64,000 nt of DNA from Camelus ferus (taxonomy: Eukaryota), in NCBI RefSeq assembly GCF_009834535.1, contig NC_045697.1, positions 88,414,001 through 88,478,000 of the forward strand. The letters run 5' to 3'. Below the pieces are notes generated by a model. It made no database searches. It was not told the origin of the DNA and saw nothing but the letters and a program-made list of their open reading frames with translations. The translations under genes were made by a program, and so were the position numbers. Each line of letters starts with the position of its first letter. Within the stretch, counting starts at the first letter, position 1. This document shows positions 12,251 through 24,690 of this stretch, in pieces.

Positions 12251-15014
12251 TAAACAAAAAAGTCAGACATAACTCGACCATCCAAAGTTAACCAATCTAG
12301 ACCCTACATTAACCGAAGTTATGCAATTGGAAATCTCAGTATTAGAAATGGTATTTGATAACACAAGGCCAAATGTGTTAAATCAGCTTCTTCTTTATGT
12401 TTAAAATAATTTAAAAAGCAAATTTGGGCTAATTTAGACCAATATGGACTAATATTGTGTAGAATTTTCTTCCTGATAGAAAATTTGACCAGTGTCCTAT
12501 AGTGCAATGATCAAAATTGTTTTAAGCAAAGCATGGACCATCTAATATTCACACACATAATGACACTTTTCTCCAAGCTGTATGTAATTTGTTGTAATGA
12601 CGTCTATCTAATGGAAAATATTTCTGACTGAAATGCATTGGCTTTCAACTTTTGCATTACAGCAGACTGTTCTTGTGTGTTTGTCTCTTCTGTGACGGGT
12701 GTCACAAATAATGTTATTAATAGAAATTAAAATACTGACAGATACTATTCAAAAACAACTTAAAGCTTTCCCACAAAATAATGTCACTCTGACTTTCTTG
12801 AGAGTGAAAGGACTAGCAACAGAAACAGACAGAACATAGTGCCACCCGCAGCTTGTCCTATTTATGCTACAGCTGTTAATGTATCAGTCGTATTGACAGT
12901 TGCTTACCGTGTGATAACTAATTATTATATGGCCAAAGTATTTTGGGTGTTTTATTAAAAGCTTGGAATGCTCACTGGATTGCATTTTCTCATTGTGAAT
13001 ATATGTGTGTCATATATATTGCAGTAGGAAAAAAAAAATGGGATTCACTACTCACAAGTGCTTTTCAAAAAGATTGAATCTTAGAAGGAATCAATACAGC
13101 AAACACAAGAGTTTAGTTTCACAGTGATCACCACCCCTTTCTAAATTCAGGTCAAGCTATATTAAGCTGTGTTGTAACCCAAACGTGGAATGGTCCTGTG
13201 TAGGAAATAGCAGGATGATGCTTCTTAATGTATCTTTTTAAAAGCAGAAATATTATTTGTTGGTCGTTTGCACTTGAGTCTCATTTTCCATTAGATGGCA
13301 CAAAAATAACAAGTTTACCCTTCATTCGGATGCAAGGACATAGAAGGTTTCTCATGCCTCCTGGGATTAAATTCCCTAAAGCAAATATGATTTCATGAAT
13401 TTAATCTCTATGTAAATCAAGCTGCGGCACATGGTTAAAGGTAGTCCTTTCCCCTCTGATAAGAGAGGACAAACGGTGGCCAACTGTGTGTCAGTCTTCT
13501 CACTACATTCATTACTTAGTCATCTTTTGAGTGCCCGTTGAACTTACTGTCCCTTACTAAATTTACTGATTTGCTGGCCAGTGTGATAATCTCCTTTTCT
13601 CACCCTGGGTGTTGCACCTTATTCTATATTCAAGATTGTATAACATAAAATTTGAAATTGATTTCCTTGCTGAAAATTATTGAATATATCAATAGAGTTA
13701 CATAGGTCTGTTCAGATTTTCAGTGGATTTTCTCAAAACAATGCCTGTGTGATTTTTTTTTTTTTTTTGCTCTCTAAAAAGCACAACTTGGAGAAATGTT
13801 TCATAAAAAGCAAACCAAGCTATATCCAAAAAAACTACAATTCCCCAAACCCTATGAATATAATAACTATTTTGTAAAGGCACAATCTGAGGAAGCGGAA
13901 AGGCTTTTCTTGAACGATTCCTATAGCAAATGAGAAATAAAACCTCTCTTTTTTGTGTATACACATGACCTTTTCCATCATACACACAGTATCCTGGCTA
14001 GCAATGTTTCTCTTATCCCCCCACTTAAAATATTAATTGTGAATACAGCATTTGGTTTTCCTAGAATTATCATTTACTTCAAACTCATTCTGAATTGATA
14101 GTAAGTTGAGGTCGGTTCAAGGAATATTTATTAAATGCCTTTATTTATGTACCAGATATTATTCAAGGCATGGGATATACACTAGAAAGAGAAAGTCTCT
14201 CCTATTACTATCTGAAAAGTTTTTAATTGAATGTTTTTAAAACTATCCCATTGAACATGTTACATATCAAGTTATAGAAATGTTTATGACTTATTTGCTA
14301 TAATTTCATGACTTACGAGTAGTGTAGAAAGAGCTTTTAAAAATCAATAATTGGCTGGTTTTTAAAGTAGAAGTTTACTCAAACTTAGTAGAAATAAAAC
14401 TGTCCTAAAGTTCAAATACCATTTGAAGCAATTTGGCAACATCTCGATACTCCCAAGCAAAGACTAAATATTTCTCCTTGACAGTTAAAGATTTTTAACT
14501 GGAATATCCAAGTTTAGAAAAAGAAATATTGCCAAATAGCACAGTTCTGAACACTGAGCAGATGCTCCATAAATACTTGCTGAAACTGACTGCAAATAAT
14601 CCCTCTTACATTGACAAGGAGACGTTTCCCCAACGTGGTCCCAACGACTGTGTTTTACCTCCTCTATCGTCTGTTTTCACTTGGCTACAGCCATAGTTAC
14701 CGCATAAGCATACACCAAAATTACGGGGTGTTCAGAGACTGAAGGGCCACTCAGATCGTCTACATCCCTCCAATTAGCACATAAATAATATATCCCCATT
14801 TGTTTCTAAGGTAAATATATGATTCATGAAATAAATTTCACATCATTAGATCAGTCCTTTTATAAAAGCAATTACATCTCATATGATTTAAAAAAATAGT
14901 TATCAATATAGTTAGTAAGTGAAGTGAATTTATTGTCCATATAGCTCAACTTTATTACTTTAGATACCTTATATTTAACAAAATTAGTATGACTTTTTTC
15001 ATCAAATTCTTTCA

Positions 15015-15625
15015 TCTAAATGACTTCTGGCTATTTCTTGTTTAAAAAAAATCCACTCATAAATGTGAATATTTAACACCATTGGAAAATTTCAAAAAAT
15101 ACTGTGAAGTAAATTCCAAATGAGAATTCTCAAAGTTATTCGCAAATGTCAATGTCATTGGAATATAGGTATCCCCTGCTTTTTGAAAGTTCACTTTACA
15201 TCATTTTGTTTTCACAAAAGACCTGTATTAGTTAACTGTTTTGCTAACCAAAAGAAATTCAAAGAGGATTTTTGCTTTTTTGAAAAAAGGCGAAAAGTGG
15301 AAGGGCTCGGTGTTTGTTTTGCAGCGAGCCAGCATAGAGGGAGCGCACACCCCCAGCAGCGGTGAGGATGGCCCCGCCACGCTCCTTCTCCAGGAACCAC
15401 ACTCGGCATGTCAGCATCTTGCCGCCATACTTTGAACTGTGTCTGTGAGCATTTGTACTTTATCTTGATTTATTTCGTGCATCCTTTAGCAAGACGTGTC
15501 CTAAGGTAATGGCTCCTTTGCTCTATGTTATTTCGGCTTACTAAAGTTTTCATGGGAACACTCTACTTTCGAATAGCTGGGGAAACCTATATTTGATTAA
15601 TGTCCTAATGTGATTTTTTAGGTAG
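15015..15625 (+). mobile_element. Ancient mariner relic (MARNA-like), interrupted by a Tigger MITE
   Basis: aatgacttctggctatttc...atccactcataaatg...caccattggaaaatttcaaaa...aattccaaatgagaattctcaaag...cattggaata resembles the mariner transposase C-terminal region (DFWLF...TIEDIQK...IPKEEFQK...HRWN) of MARNA. Confidence 0.6.
15166..15589 (-). mobile_element. Tigger-family non-autonomous DNA transposon (MER82/Tigger9-like; subfamily tentative)
   Basis: Imperfect TIRs taggtatcccctgct...agctggggaaaccta, flanked by TA on both sides (15164-65, 15590-91). Confidence 0.8.
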
Positions 15626-15804
15626 ATTGAACAGGTGTTTGTGTGTGTGTTGAGTTTTATTACCTGTTTATGGATAAATAAAAGTAGTTAAAGAAAACTA
15701 AACCTGTTGATTTCCAACTTGTTATTTGTGTGATAGGACACCAAAATAGTCTATTTTGAAAAGTAAACAATTTAAACAAGTTTTTCTCTATGGAAGAGAA
15801 GTAT

Positions 15805-16010
15805 AGCTAATATTTATTGTGTGTCTGTTATGTCCATGATCCTAGTGTTCTGTTTGCTTTATGAGTGCCTTTTCTTTTATTTACAAAAGGTAATTTACTT
15901 CCATTTTACCACTGAGGTCTTAGATGGTTGTATGGGTTCTTGTAAGCTGTATGAGTAATTGGAGTCAAGACTGAAACTCAGGTCTTTTCGTCTCTAAGAC
16001 TCTTGTTCTT
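15805..16010 (-). mobile_element. MIR SINE remnant
   Basis: gctaatatttattgtgtgtctgttatgtcc...ccattttaccactgaggtcttagatggtt...gactgaaactcaggtct. Confidence 0.6.
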
Positions 16011-17799
16011 TGAAGTAGCCCAAGAAACCCCTTGAAATGTGAATTTATGAATTGTTGACAAACTTATGCTTATTAATAGATCCTGGGGTCCAGGTGTATT
16101 AATTTTTTTAACATTGACCTAAAATTTAAGTTTTAAACAAACACTTTAATAATAAAATCTTACAGTTAAAACTTTAAATAGGTTTTAAAGTTTGTTATCT
16201 TAGATTTATAATGCAGAATATTCAGATTTTAATTTTATATAGTGATCACAAAAGTCTCATGATCTGATTATAACAAATTTTTTTGGAGAAGAGGACAGTA
16301 GTCAGGAAGTAAAGCAATAGTCAGGATAAGAAATGAAGAATCTTAGAATAACCTGGAAGCTATATGTGATGACAGTAGGTCAACATAGATGGATGAAATA
16401 GAGAAACAATTATGATTACATTTTGAAAATTTAACTAAAATCTTTCTTGTCCAAAGCCAGGTTTCTTGTTGGTCTGAACATGCAGGCATCTGCTAATTTG
16501 CCTATCTCTTGTGTTGAGTTTCCTTTCTAGCAAGATAATTTTAGGAGTGCTATAACACTGAAATCATTTTCACACACATACCATCAGGGAAATTCTCTGT
16601 ATCAGCCTGTTTATAGCAAATGATATACCATATGTAAAAAAAACAAAATCTGCTTTGAAATATTCTGAGTGATTTAGCATTCACGTTGTAAAAGTTGATG
16701 ATAGTCCATATATCACATAAATACAATTCAAATTTTTACTTCTGTCAGTCTTAAAAATGATTTCTTGTTAATGACTGGGATTATGTAATCCAAACCTAAA
16801 AAAAATTCGTATTCAAAGATCTATTTTATGTGTACATAAGTTGGACTAGCTTAGATGTTCAGCACAAAAATACATTGTGAAATTTGTAAAGTGTTTGCTA
16901 AAATTCATTATATATTTTCCAGTTCTAAGTTATGTTCTGGGTTCATGTTATTTTTCCATCAATTCTGAAAATGTTTTTCTTAAAGTCCATGCTATTTTCC
17001 TTATGAGAAATTATTTCCTACCTTTCTCCTTTTTTTGCTAGTGTCATTTTAAACCCTCCTATTTTCAGGAAATTCTGACCCAGGTTTTTTAATCCTTTTC
17101 TTTCTTTCTTTCTTTTTTTTTACCCTCTACTTTCTTTAGTTCTTTGCCTGGACTGTGCTACCAAATTGTTAGGAACTATTTTTAATCATACTGAATGAAG
17201 AAGTATAACTTTGAAATAACTTTGTCTAATCAGAATTGTTTCTTGAAGAAGGAACTTCAGGAATCAAGTGGGTTGTCGTAGAGCTTTTATATGTTACATT
17301 GTATTGTGTACTGTTAGCCCCTTCAGGACAAGGAAATTGTTCTGTACATAATGCATTTCTTGTGGTCAGAGTTCTGAAAAATGCTGTCTATCCAGGAAAG
17401 AGTCTTTTAACCCAGAAGAAGCTAAAAAAATTACACTGAAAACAAAGGCAGATAACTGTATGGAGAGAAAGAGAGTTAATCATTGAGAAGTAAATCATTC
17501 TCTAGAATTTTTTACTTAGATTATATGAAACTATATAGGATTTATAATTTTGGTCCTTCAGTACTCCAACTGAAAGCTATAAATGATATTGCAGAGTTGA
17601 GGAAGGGGGAGGTGGCACTAATTGAAGCAGATAAAATGACTCTACAGAGAAGACTATTTAAGTCTTTGTGTTTTTTCTACATATTTTCATGCAACTATAG
17701 AGTATTTTTCACAATATAATTATTTTTGTAATGACAGTGATGGCAGCTTTATAATGATTATATTATATAAATATATAATATATATTATCCCATATAATA

Positions 17800-17962
17800 A
17801 ATTGAATATATTCAACTTCTTATAATAAGCTATAATGGAAAAGAATCTGAAATATATATATATATATATACACACATATATGTATAACTGAATTGTTTTG
17901 CTGTATACCTGAAACCAACATTGTAAATCAACTATACTTTAATAAAAAAATTTAAAAAATAA
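17800..17962 (+). mobile_element. Short L1 3'-end fragment (laurasiatherian-type 3' UTR)
   Basis: tataatggaaaagaatctgaaa(ta)n...gtataactgaattgttttgctgtatacctgaaaccaacattgtaaatcaactatactttaataaaaaaa. Confidence 0.85.
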
Positions 17963-18169
17963 TAAATTGTGATGAAAAATTTAACTACAATACTTTGTAT
18001 ATAATCTTAAAATTAATATTTTGAATGTTTATGAATTATCAACTGTAATTTTGAATTACTATAGATTACTGCTTTTGAACAGAGGAAAAACCAGAAATAT
18101 AATTATTTTAAAGAAGATAGCATTTTCCAATAAATCATTAAAATCTATGGTGCTATAAGGCAAGGTAGA

Positions 18170-18580
18170 GTATTAGTTGCTGTAAAGAGATTCCAAAGAA
18201 TAATGGATTAACAAAAAGTGGACATTTATTTCCTCTGATGTAACAGTTTGGCATCTCAGGCTTCTGGAGCAACTCTGCTCTACAAGGTCATTTCGGATCA
18301 CAAGATTGTTCCATTGCATTGCTTCTGTCTACACCTAGGCCATGGCATCTCCATCCCCTCAGCAAGAAGAGGGGAACAAAAATGCACCTCCAACAGAAGT
18401 CAGTTCTTTTTAAGCAAACAATGTGAAGATTGTAGATATCACTTTCTTTCCCATTCCATTGTCAAGGACTTAGTCACATGGCCACACCTTCAAAAGAGAC
18501 TTGAAAATATTTTGCCTGTGATTAGGTAATTACAGGGAATAGGGGGCAATAAACTTTGGGAAAAACTAGCAATCCGCTAA
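18170..18580 (-). mobile_element. Old MaLR LTR (MLT1J/K/L-like)
   Basis: gctgtaaagagattccaaagaataatggattaac...atttatttcctc...ccattgtcaaggacttagtcacatggccacacct. Confidence 0.65.
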
Positions 18581-19679
18581 AAAGAATATTGGTCATTTTC
18601 CTTCTCTCTTTAGAAGCTGTTACTTCATGTTATAGTGTTAGAAGTTTGCGTAGAAAACTTGTAATTCATTTTAACATATTTTTCTCCCTGGATGCCATTT
18701 TTAATTAAAATATTTAGGAAATCTATTTGATATTCTTTGTTTCATATTGTGTACCATAAGTACAATGGGTAAGTAGGAAAGAAAATGGTCACCTGGGAGA
18801 CTACAAGCCCTCCTTACATATGGAATCCAAAATAAGTTGTTTTATGTCAACTGGGCAGAAGAAAGCTTTTATAGAATAAATTTTCTAGAAACATTACAAT
18901 TACTCCTTTAGCTCTAAGATAACCAAAGAAAATCACTGTTAAAGGTACATTTTATAATTCTGTATCCAATTTTAAAATAAAGGATAGGTTATAATAGGTT
19001 ATAATTAACTTTTGTGACTATGTTTTACTCTCATTCATAGATGTTCCTAAGTCTGTCTTTAAAAGCTATCCATTACCATGCTTGTTTTTAGTATGAAAAG
19101 GAGTCATTTGGCAACATTTCAGACAAAAATGGAGGCTCTTAAATAATAAAATACATCATTATGCTTTCTATCTAAGTTAACTCAACTCTAATGGCAAAAT
19201 ACGGTGAAACTATAAAAAGATGAAATGACATATAGAAAAATAATAAGAAAGAAAATGTGGAAAATTAATAGTTCAACAGAAAATAGTCTAATTAGAAAAA
19301 AATCAGGGAAATGAGATCTTGTATCACTTAAGACTTAAGAATTAAGTACAACCCTAAAAATATATGTATGTATAATTCTGAAAATATCTAATAAGCGCAG
19401 TGAAAACTTAAAAGGATGTATTCTACATTCAGATAAACTTTTAACTTTGAAATTTAAGGATCATAATCTGCTATTACAGTCTACCAGGAGCTCATCATGA
19501 AAAATCTGATAAAACAGAGACATAGGGAGAAACTAATCTAGATAAGTCAAATTATTCTAGAAGTTAATATGCATATTTTTTATTCTCAACATTCTCAACA
19601 TGTAAAGTGATTAAATAAGGTAAACAATTTGGACTTTTATTTAACACAGTAACAACTGTAATTACAGGATCTCTATTTA

Positions 19680-20178
19680 CAAGTACACCTCAGAGATACT
19701 GTGGGTTCAGTTCCAGAATGCCGCAAAATAGTGAATATTACAATAAAGCAAGTACCTGAATTCTTTGGTTTCCCAGTGAATTTAAAGGTATGTTTTAAAA
19801 AAAGTTATGTTTACACTAGCTGCTGTCTACTAAGCATGCAATAATATTATGCCTAAGAAAACAATGAATAAACCTTACTTAAAAAGTACTTTATTGCTAA
19901 AAATTGCTGACCATCATCTGAATCTTCAATGAGTTTTAACCTTTTTGCAGTAGTAATATTGAAGATCGCTGATCACAGATCACCATAACAAATAATAGTG
20001 AAAAGCTTGAAGTAATGTGAGAATGACCAAAATGTGACATGAAACACAAAGTGAGCAAATGCTTCTGGAAAAACGGTGCCAATAGGCTTACTTGATGGCG
20101 GCCACATACTTTCAATCTGTGAAAAAATGCAATATCTGCGAAGTTCAATAAAGCACAATAAAAATGAGGCATGCCTTG
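19680..20178 (+). mobile_element. Internally deleted Tigger1 (Tigger1a-type MITE)
   Basis: The left end caagtacacctcagagatactgtgggttcagttccaga matches the Tigger1 left end after a TA. The right end is aaagcacaataaaaatgaggcatgcc. Confidence 0.9.
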
Positions 20179-20549
20179 CACAAGTCCTGAAGAATAATAG
20201 TACACGATAACAAGAGTTGGAATAAATATACTACAATGTTCAAGAAATAGAATAAGGTATAATAAGTAGTGGGAATTATCACAAAGAAAGGGACTAAACT
20301 TAGGTTTTAGACCCAAGAAGAAGGATCTTGATTTACAGGTATACCTCAGAGATACCTCATCTTATCAGGACGAATCCCCCTGAGGGTGCCTCCTTCATGC
20401 TTCCCATGGTGCCCGTCTCAGGAAACCTATCCCCCTGGTCAGGCCTTATTTAAGATACTAACTCTTCCCCTTTTTGTTCCTCTCCCTTCGACTGTTAACA
20501 TGAGTAGTTTCCCTGTTTTCTTTTCCTTTTTTTTTTTTAACACGTTTCC

Positions 20550-20680
20550 TGAGCAGTAAACTACATATATTTCAGATGTACAATTTGATGAATTTGAATA
20601 GGTGTATGCACCCATGAAACCGCCACCACAAACAAGGTCACTAACATTTCATCACTCCCCAAGAGGTACAATTCCCTGTT
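20550..20680 (-). mobile_element. L1MB/ME-like 3' UTR fragment
   Basis: gtacaatttgatgaatttgaataggtgtatgcacccatgaaaccgccaccaca...aacatttcatcactcccc. Confidence 0.7.
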
Positions 20681-22663
20681 GTCATGCAGCAGAGGGCTTC
20701 CACCAGATTTAAGCACCACTGTATCAAGGGCTTTCTCTGTCTTGTTCACCGACTATATCCTCAGCTCTCAGGACTCAACCTGTCACTGCTCAATAAGTAT
20801 TGAATTAGTGATACAATCTTATCACTCATTTCCTCTCTTTTTTAATACCCAAACTGCTCAAATGTATGCCTATACCTTCTGATTCTATTTGTCCACAACC
20901 AATTCACTTCTGAAAACCAGTCTGATGTTCTTCCTCACCACTCAATGTGTTCTTGGCCGTCACCCAAATCCTCATGAGTAACAACGACCTTCTCAGTTCT
21001 CATTCTCCTCAAATCATCCTGCTACACTTGATATTAATTTTGAATTTTTTTCTAGGTTATTTTCTATCTCCATGCTTCAGCTGCCAATCCTTGTAGTTCA
21101 GTCTCTGATCTTTTGTTCTTCCCTGTATTACAAATAACTCAGAGTCTCCTTTACGTAGTCGTCTCTCAAATCTAACTTCCTTATTCTAGTACAAGTTAAT
21201 GAAGCATCATGTATTTATATTTTTTCTACTTAAAATTCTCTCTACCTCTACATTGGAAATTCTTGCTTCTTCATTAAGATTTAGATCAAATAATGAAAAC
21301 AACGGCTTCCTTATGAAGCCCTTGCTTCACCATGGGAAATCTTGGAGTTTTTAAGCAAAGGCTTGCATTATCACTTCCTCTGCTTCCATTTGATCCCCAA
21401 GCACTTCATTAGTCAAGTTTCCCTTTCTCTAGGGTGCACCTGCAAAAGTCTACAGCCTTTTCCTTATCTGCAAATTTATAACACTGTTGTCAGTAATGCT
21501 CTTTAGATATTTAATTACAAAAAACTTACATAGATTTTAGAGATATCTGTCCTGTTTTTCTTAGTGAATTTCCTTAAAGTTTATAATTCTTAAAATGGAT
21601 AGCAAATTCATATTAGTTGATCAAGTGATATTTCTTGGATAAATTACTTAATGAATAAATGAGGAAAGGAACTCAAGTGTTGGCTTCAGCTGTTTCTTTT
21701 TCTTACAATATACTATAACCTTATGGATATGAATTACCTGCCTCGGAAATATGGCTGTTAAGCAGATCTGCCAACCTGGGTCTACACACACACTGTAGGC
21801 TCAACTTTGCCTTCCCCACATTTCCCTGGCTGTGAGCAAGGGAGAGGCAGAAGCATCTCAGTGACTCACCCCGCTCCCTGCATGTCCTCAGACAGCCCTA
21901 ACAGTCAGGTTTAAAGCCTCCATTATTCCCACCTGACATGTCTTCATTTCTCTATCATAGTATGAGCTCTTGCTTATAATTTCCAAAGATGATGTAGGGC
22001 TAGAATATTTCCTAAAGCAGGAGCAGGAATTCAGTAGCACTCAGTATCCTGCATAAAAAGAAAGATTTCCCACTGTCCTTTATAGTATTAGTGCATTCAT
22101 TCGGATTCTCAAAATTGTCATGATTGTCACAGCACACATCATCAGAGTAATTTAGGAATTATTGTCTATATTTCAGGAAGAATTGAGGAGGAGGCTTTGC
22201 AGAGAGATGTGTTAACAAATGCAAAATCAGAAATGTTACATTTCACAGCTGGGGGTGGGGTGTTGGGGGTAATCAAGACCTGCCCACCACAGCTGCAGCT
22301 TCCTGCAGGTCCTCGTCTTCCCAGGGGGCTTCATGGAAGGCTGGGCTAAGCTCATGGCTGTTGGACTCTCCTGCAGGAATGGTAAGTGCCTTGGGTCAAC
22401 AGGCACTGCGTGACAAGGCTTTCTAGGTGCTTGCCCTCTAATTCCTTCTCCTGCCTGCTTTGCCTTTCCCTGACCTATGAGTCATTTTGTTCTTAACAAA
22501 GGTCCTTTGATCTCCTGTTCTGCTCTCCATCCTCCTTGTTCACATCTATCTCCTGGTTTTCACCATCATAAACACCCTGATTCTACAAGTTACTCAACTC
22601 TATGAAATGAGTCAGAGGCTTGTATGCCTAGAGGCACTAGGTTGGTGATATAAATAAAAAAAT

Positions 22664-22815
22664 TGGGGGCAGGGTTAGGTAGCGTATAGTTCAGTGGTAG
22701 AGTGTATGCGTAGCATGCACAAGGTCCTAGGTTCAGTTCTCAGTACCTCCACTAAGTAAATGAATAAATAAATAAATAAACCTAATTACTCCCTGCTCCC
22801 CTGAAAAAAAAAAAA
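22664..22815 (+). mobile_element. tRNA-Ala-derived SINE (camelid Vic-1 type)
   Basis: gtatagttcagtggtagagtgtatgcgtagcatgcacaaggtcctaggttcagttctcagtacctcca (A/B-box tRNA head), then (taaa)n, cctaattactccc and poly(A). Confidence 0.9.
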
Positions 22816-23754
22816 GCAAAACAAGAAATTTACCTTGAGTGGAAACAGCAGAAAACTGGAGGGGTCATGACTTCATTTATTGCCGACTGATAGTTGCCAC
22901 TGGGGAAAATGGGCCAAATATAGCCACAATTAAAAAAGAGTATTTTTTTTTTTAACTCTGCAGACTAATTAAAACATATTTGTGGGCACATTTGGCCTGT
23001 AGCCTGCTTTTCTTTTTTTTCTTTTTAATTTGATACTCTGGGGTTAATCCTCGAATTACATCAATACAACAGTAAGGATTTATGTCTCAATGCCAACATT
23101 ATTTTAGCCAATTCTCTTACTCTTATTGAATCAGGCAACTAGGTTTCTTACTGCTCAAAAGTATTTTTATCTCCCTACGAGAATATCATTGTGTGTCCAA
23201 ATCAATAATTATATACTCCAAAAAAACCATAATTAGAGTTTCTGATGTTCTTTTATGTGCATCACTTTAGCTAATATTTACTTCAGCTCTGATAATAGGC
23301 ATCACAATTGTACTTTCAGATGGGCAAGGGCGATTTGCAGTGCCACAGAGCTGGAAGTAATGAAGGTGTGCCATCTGAATCAAGGCTCTGAGCAAGATCT
23401 GTTTCTGATCTGCTGAGTTTTCTATTCTCAGCTATGACTTTCCAGAGTAATTTAGCTTTTTGTTAAGTCTTGGGTATTGATAATGGAGCACTACCCTGTA
23501 ATTCTCATGCTTTTAAAAAAAATTCTCAAAGATTAAGAAAAAAGCATTAGTCATAGGTCTAAGACTAATGATATTCATGACACTGGCCCTGGTGATGAGA
23601 TGTGTACAGATACAGTTCTCATATCTGAAAACAGACAACATAAGCAAGTTTACTTATGCTACATCCTTTACTTGTGTGCTCTAAGAGAGATTTTTAGTAA
23701 GAGTCTTTCATTCATAAGATAATGTGTTAGACTTGATTTTTTAAATTCCTAGCC

Positions 23755-24690
23755 AATAATAATAAAGCATTAAGTGAACACCTTTTAAGTGCAAAGCATA
23801 TGATACATATTTTATAGAACTATTTTATCTTCACAACTACGCAGTAACTTAGATATTATTATTTTACCTATTTTAATGATATGAAGACTAATATTTTTAA
23901 AACATAAATAATTTGCCAAAGAAAGTTGCTTAGTACTTGGAGTAGCCAAACCTGGGGTTGAGGGCACAGTCCTCCAGACCACCAAGTCTTCCCAAGACTT
24001 CTGATGCCAGCTGCAAGTAAGGCAGTTTCCTAAAACCACAGTCAGTTTCTACAATTTGCTACAAACACTCACAGAAATCACTAAAACCGACTACGTAGCC
24101 CAGTTTACTACAAACAAAGGATACACATAAGGCAGATGCATAGGGTGCAATCTGGGACTAAGACGTGTCCAAATGTGAAGCTCCTGTGTCATCAGGGATG
24201 ATTTTTCCTCCTGGCATCAATGTGTAGCAATACATGCATGGAATATTGCCAACCCAAGAAGCTCACTTGAACTTTGGTGTCTAGAGTTTTTATTGAAGCT
24301 TCATTATATAGACAGGATGGATTGAATCTTTGTCCAAATGGTTGAACTCAATATCCAGAAATTCTGAAGGTCAAGCTGATACACAGTGGTTCAAAGCCCC
24401 AACTCTCTAATCACATGGTTGTTTTTGTTTTTGTTTGTTTGTTTTTTGGTGTGGCCAGCCCCTATCCTGAGACATCCATGGGCATACACTTTTTAGGAGC
24501 CCTGCTCAGTGAAAACTATCAGATGATGTGGTTCCTGGGGATCCACCATAAATAACAAAGACTCAGGAAATTCCAAGGGTTTAGAGGCTGCCTTCCAGGA
24601 ACCAGAGACAAAGGACAGCCACATTCTTTATTACACACTCAGTTAATAAATATCAGAACCAAGATTTAACCCTAGATCTATTGGGCTCCA
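23755..24690 (-). mobile_element. MIR remnant split by a MER21 LTR
   Basis: MIR-like text at 23755-23925 (tcttcacaactac...attattttacctattttaatgat...taatttgccaaag) resumes at 24638-24690 (cagttaataaatatcagaaccaagatttaaccctagatct). Confidence 0.6.
23934..24638 (-). mobile_element. MER21-family LTR
   Basis: gagggcacagtcctccagac...acttctgatgccagctgcaagt; gaagctcacttgaactttggtgtctagagtttttattgaagcttcatta; ggaaattccaagggtttaga...ccaggaaccagagacaaag. Confidence 0.85.

Noticed and set aside
19936..20316. 126-aa hydrophobic ORF
   Set aside because: It is largely an antisense reading of the Tigger1 MITE.
22683..22751. tRNA-Ala-like sequences (also at 12176, 29130 and 32167) as tRNA genes
   Set aside because: They have substitutions in the stems and B-box, shared non-tRNA 3' tails and TSDs, so they are SINE heads.
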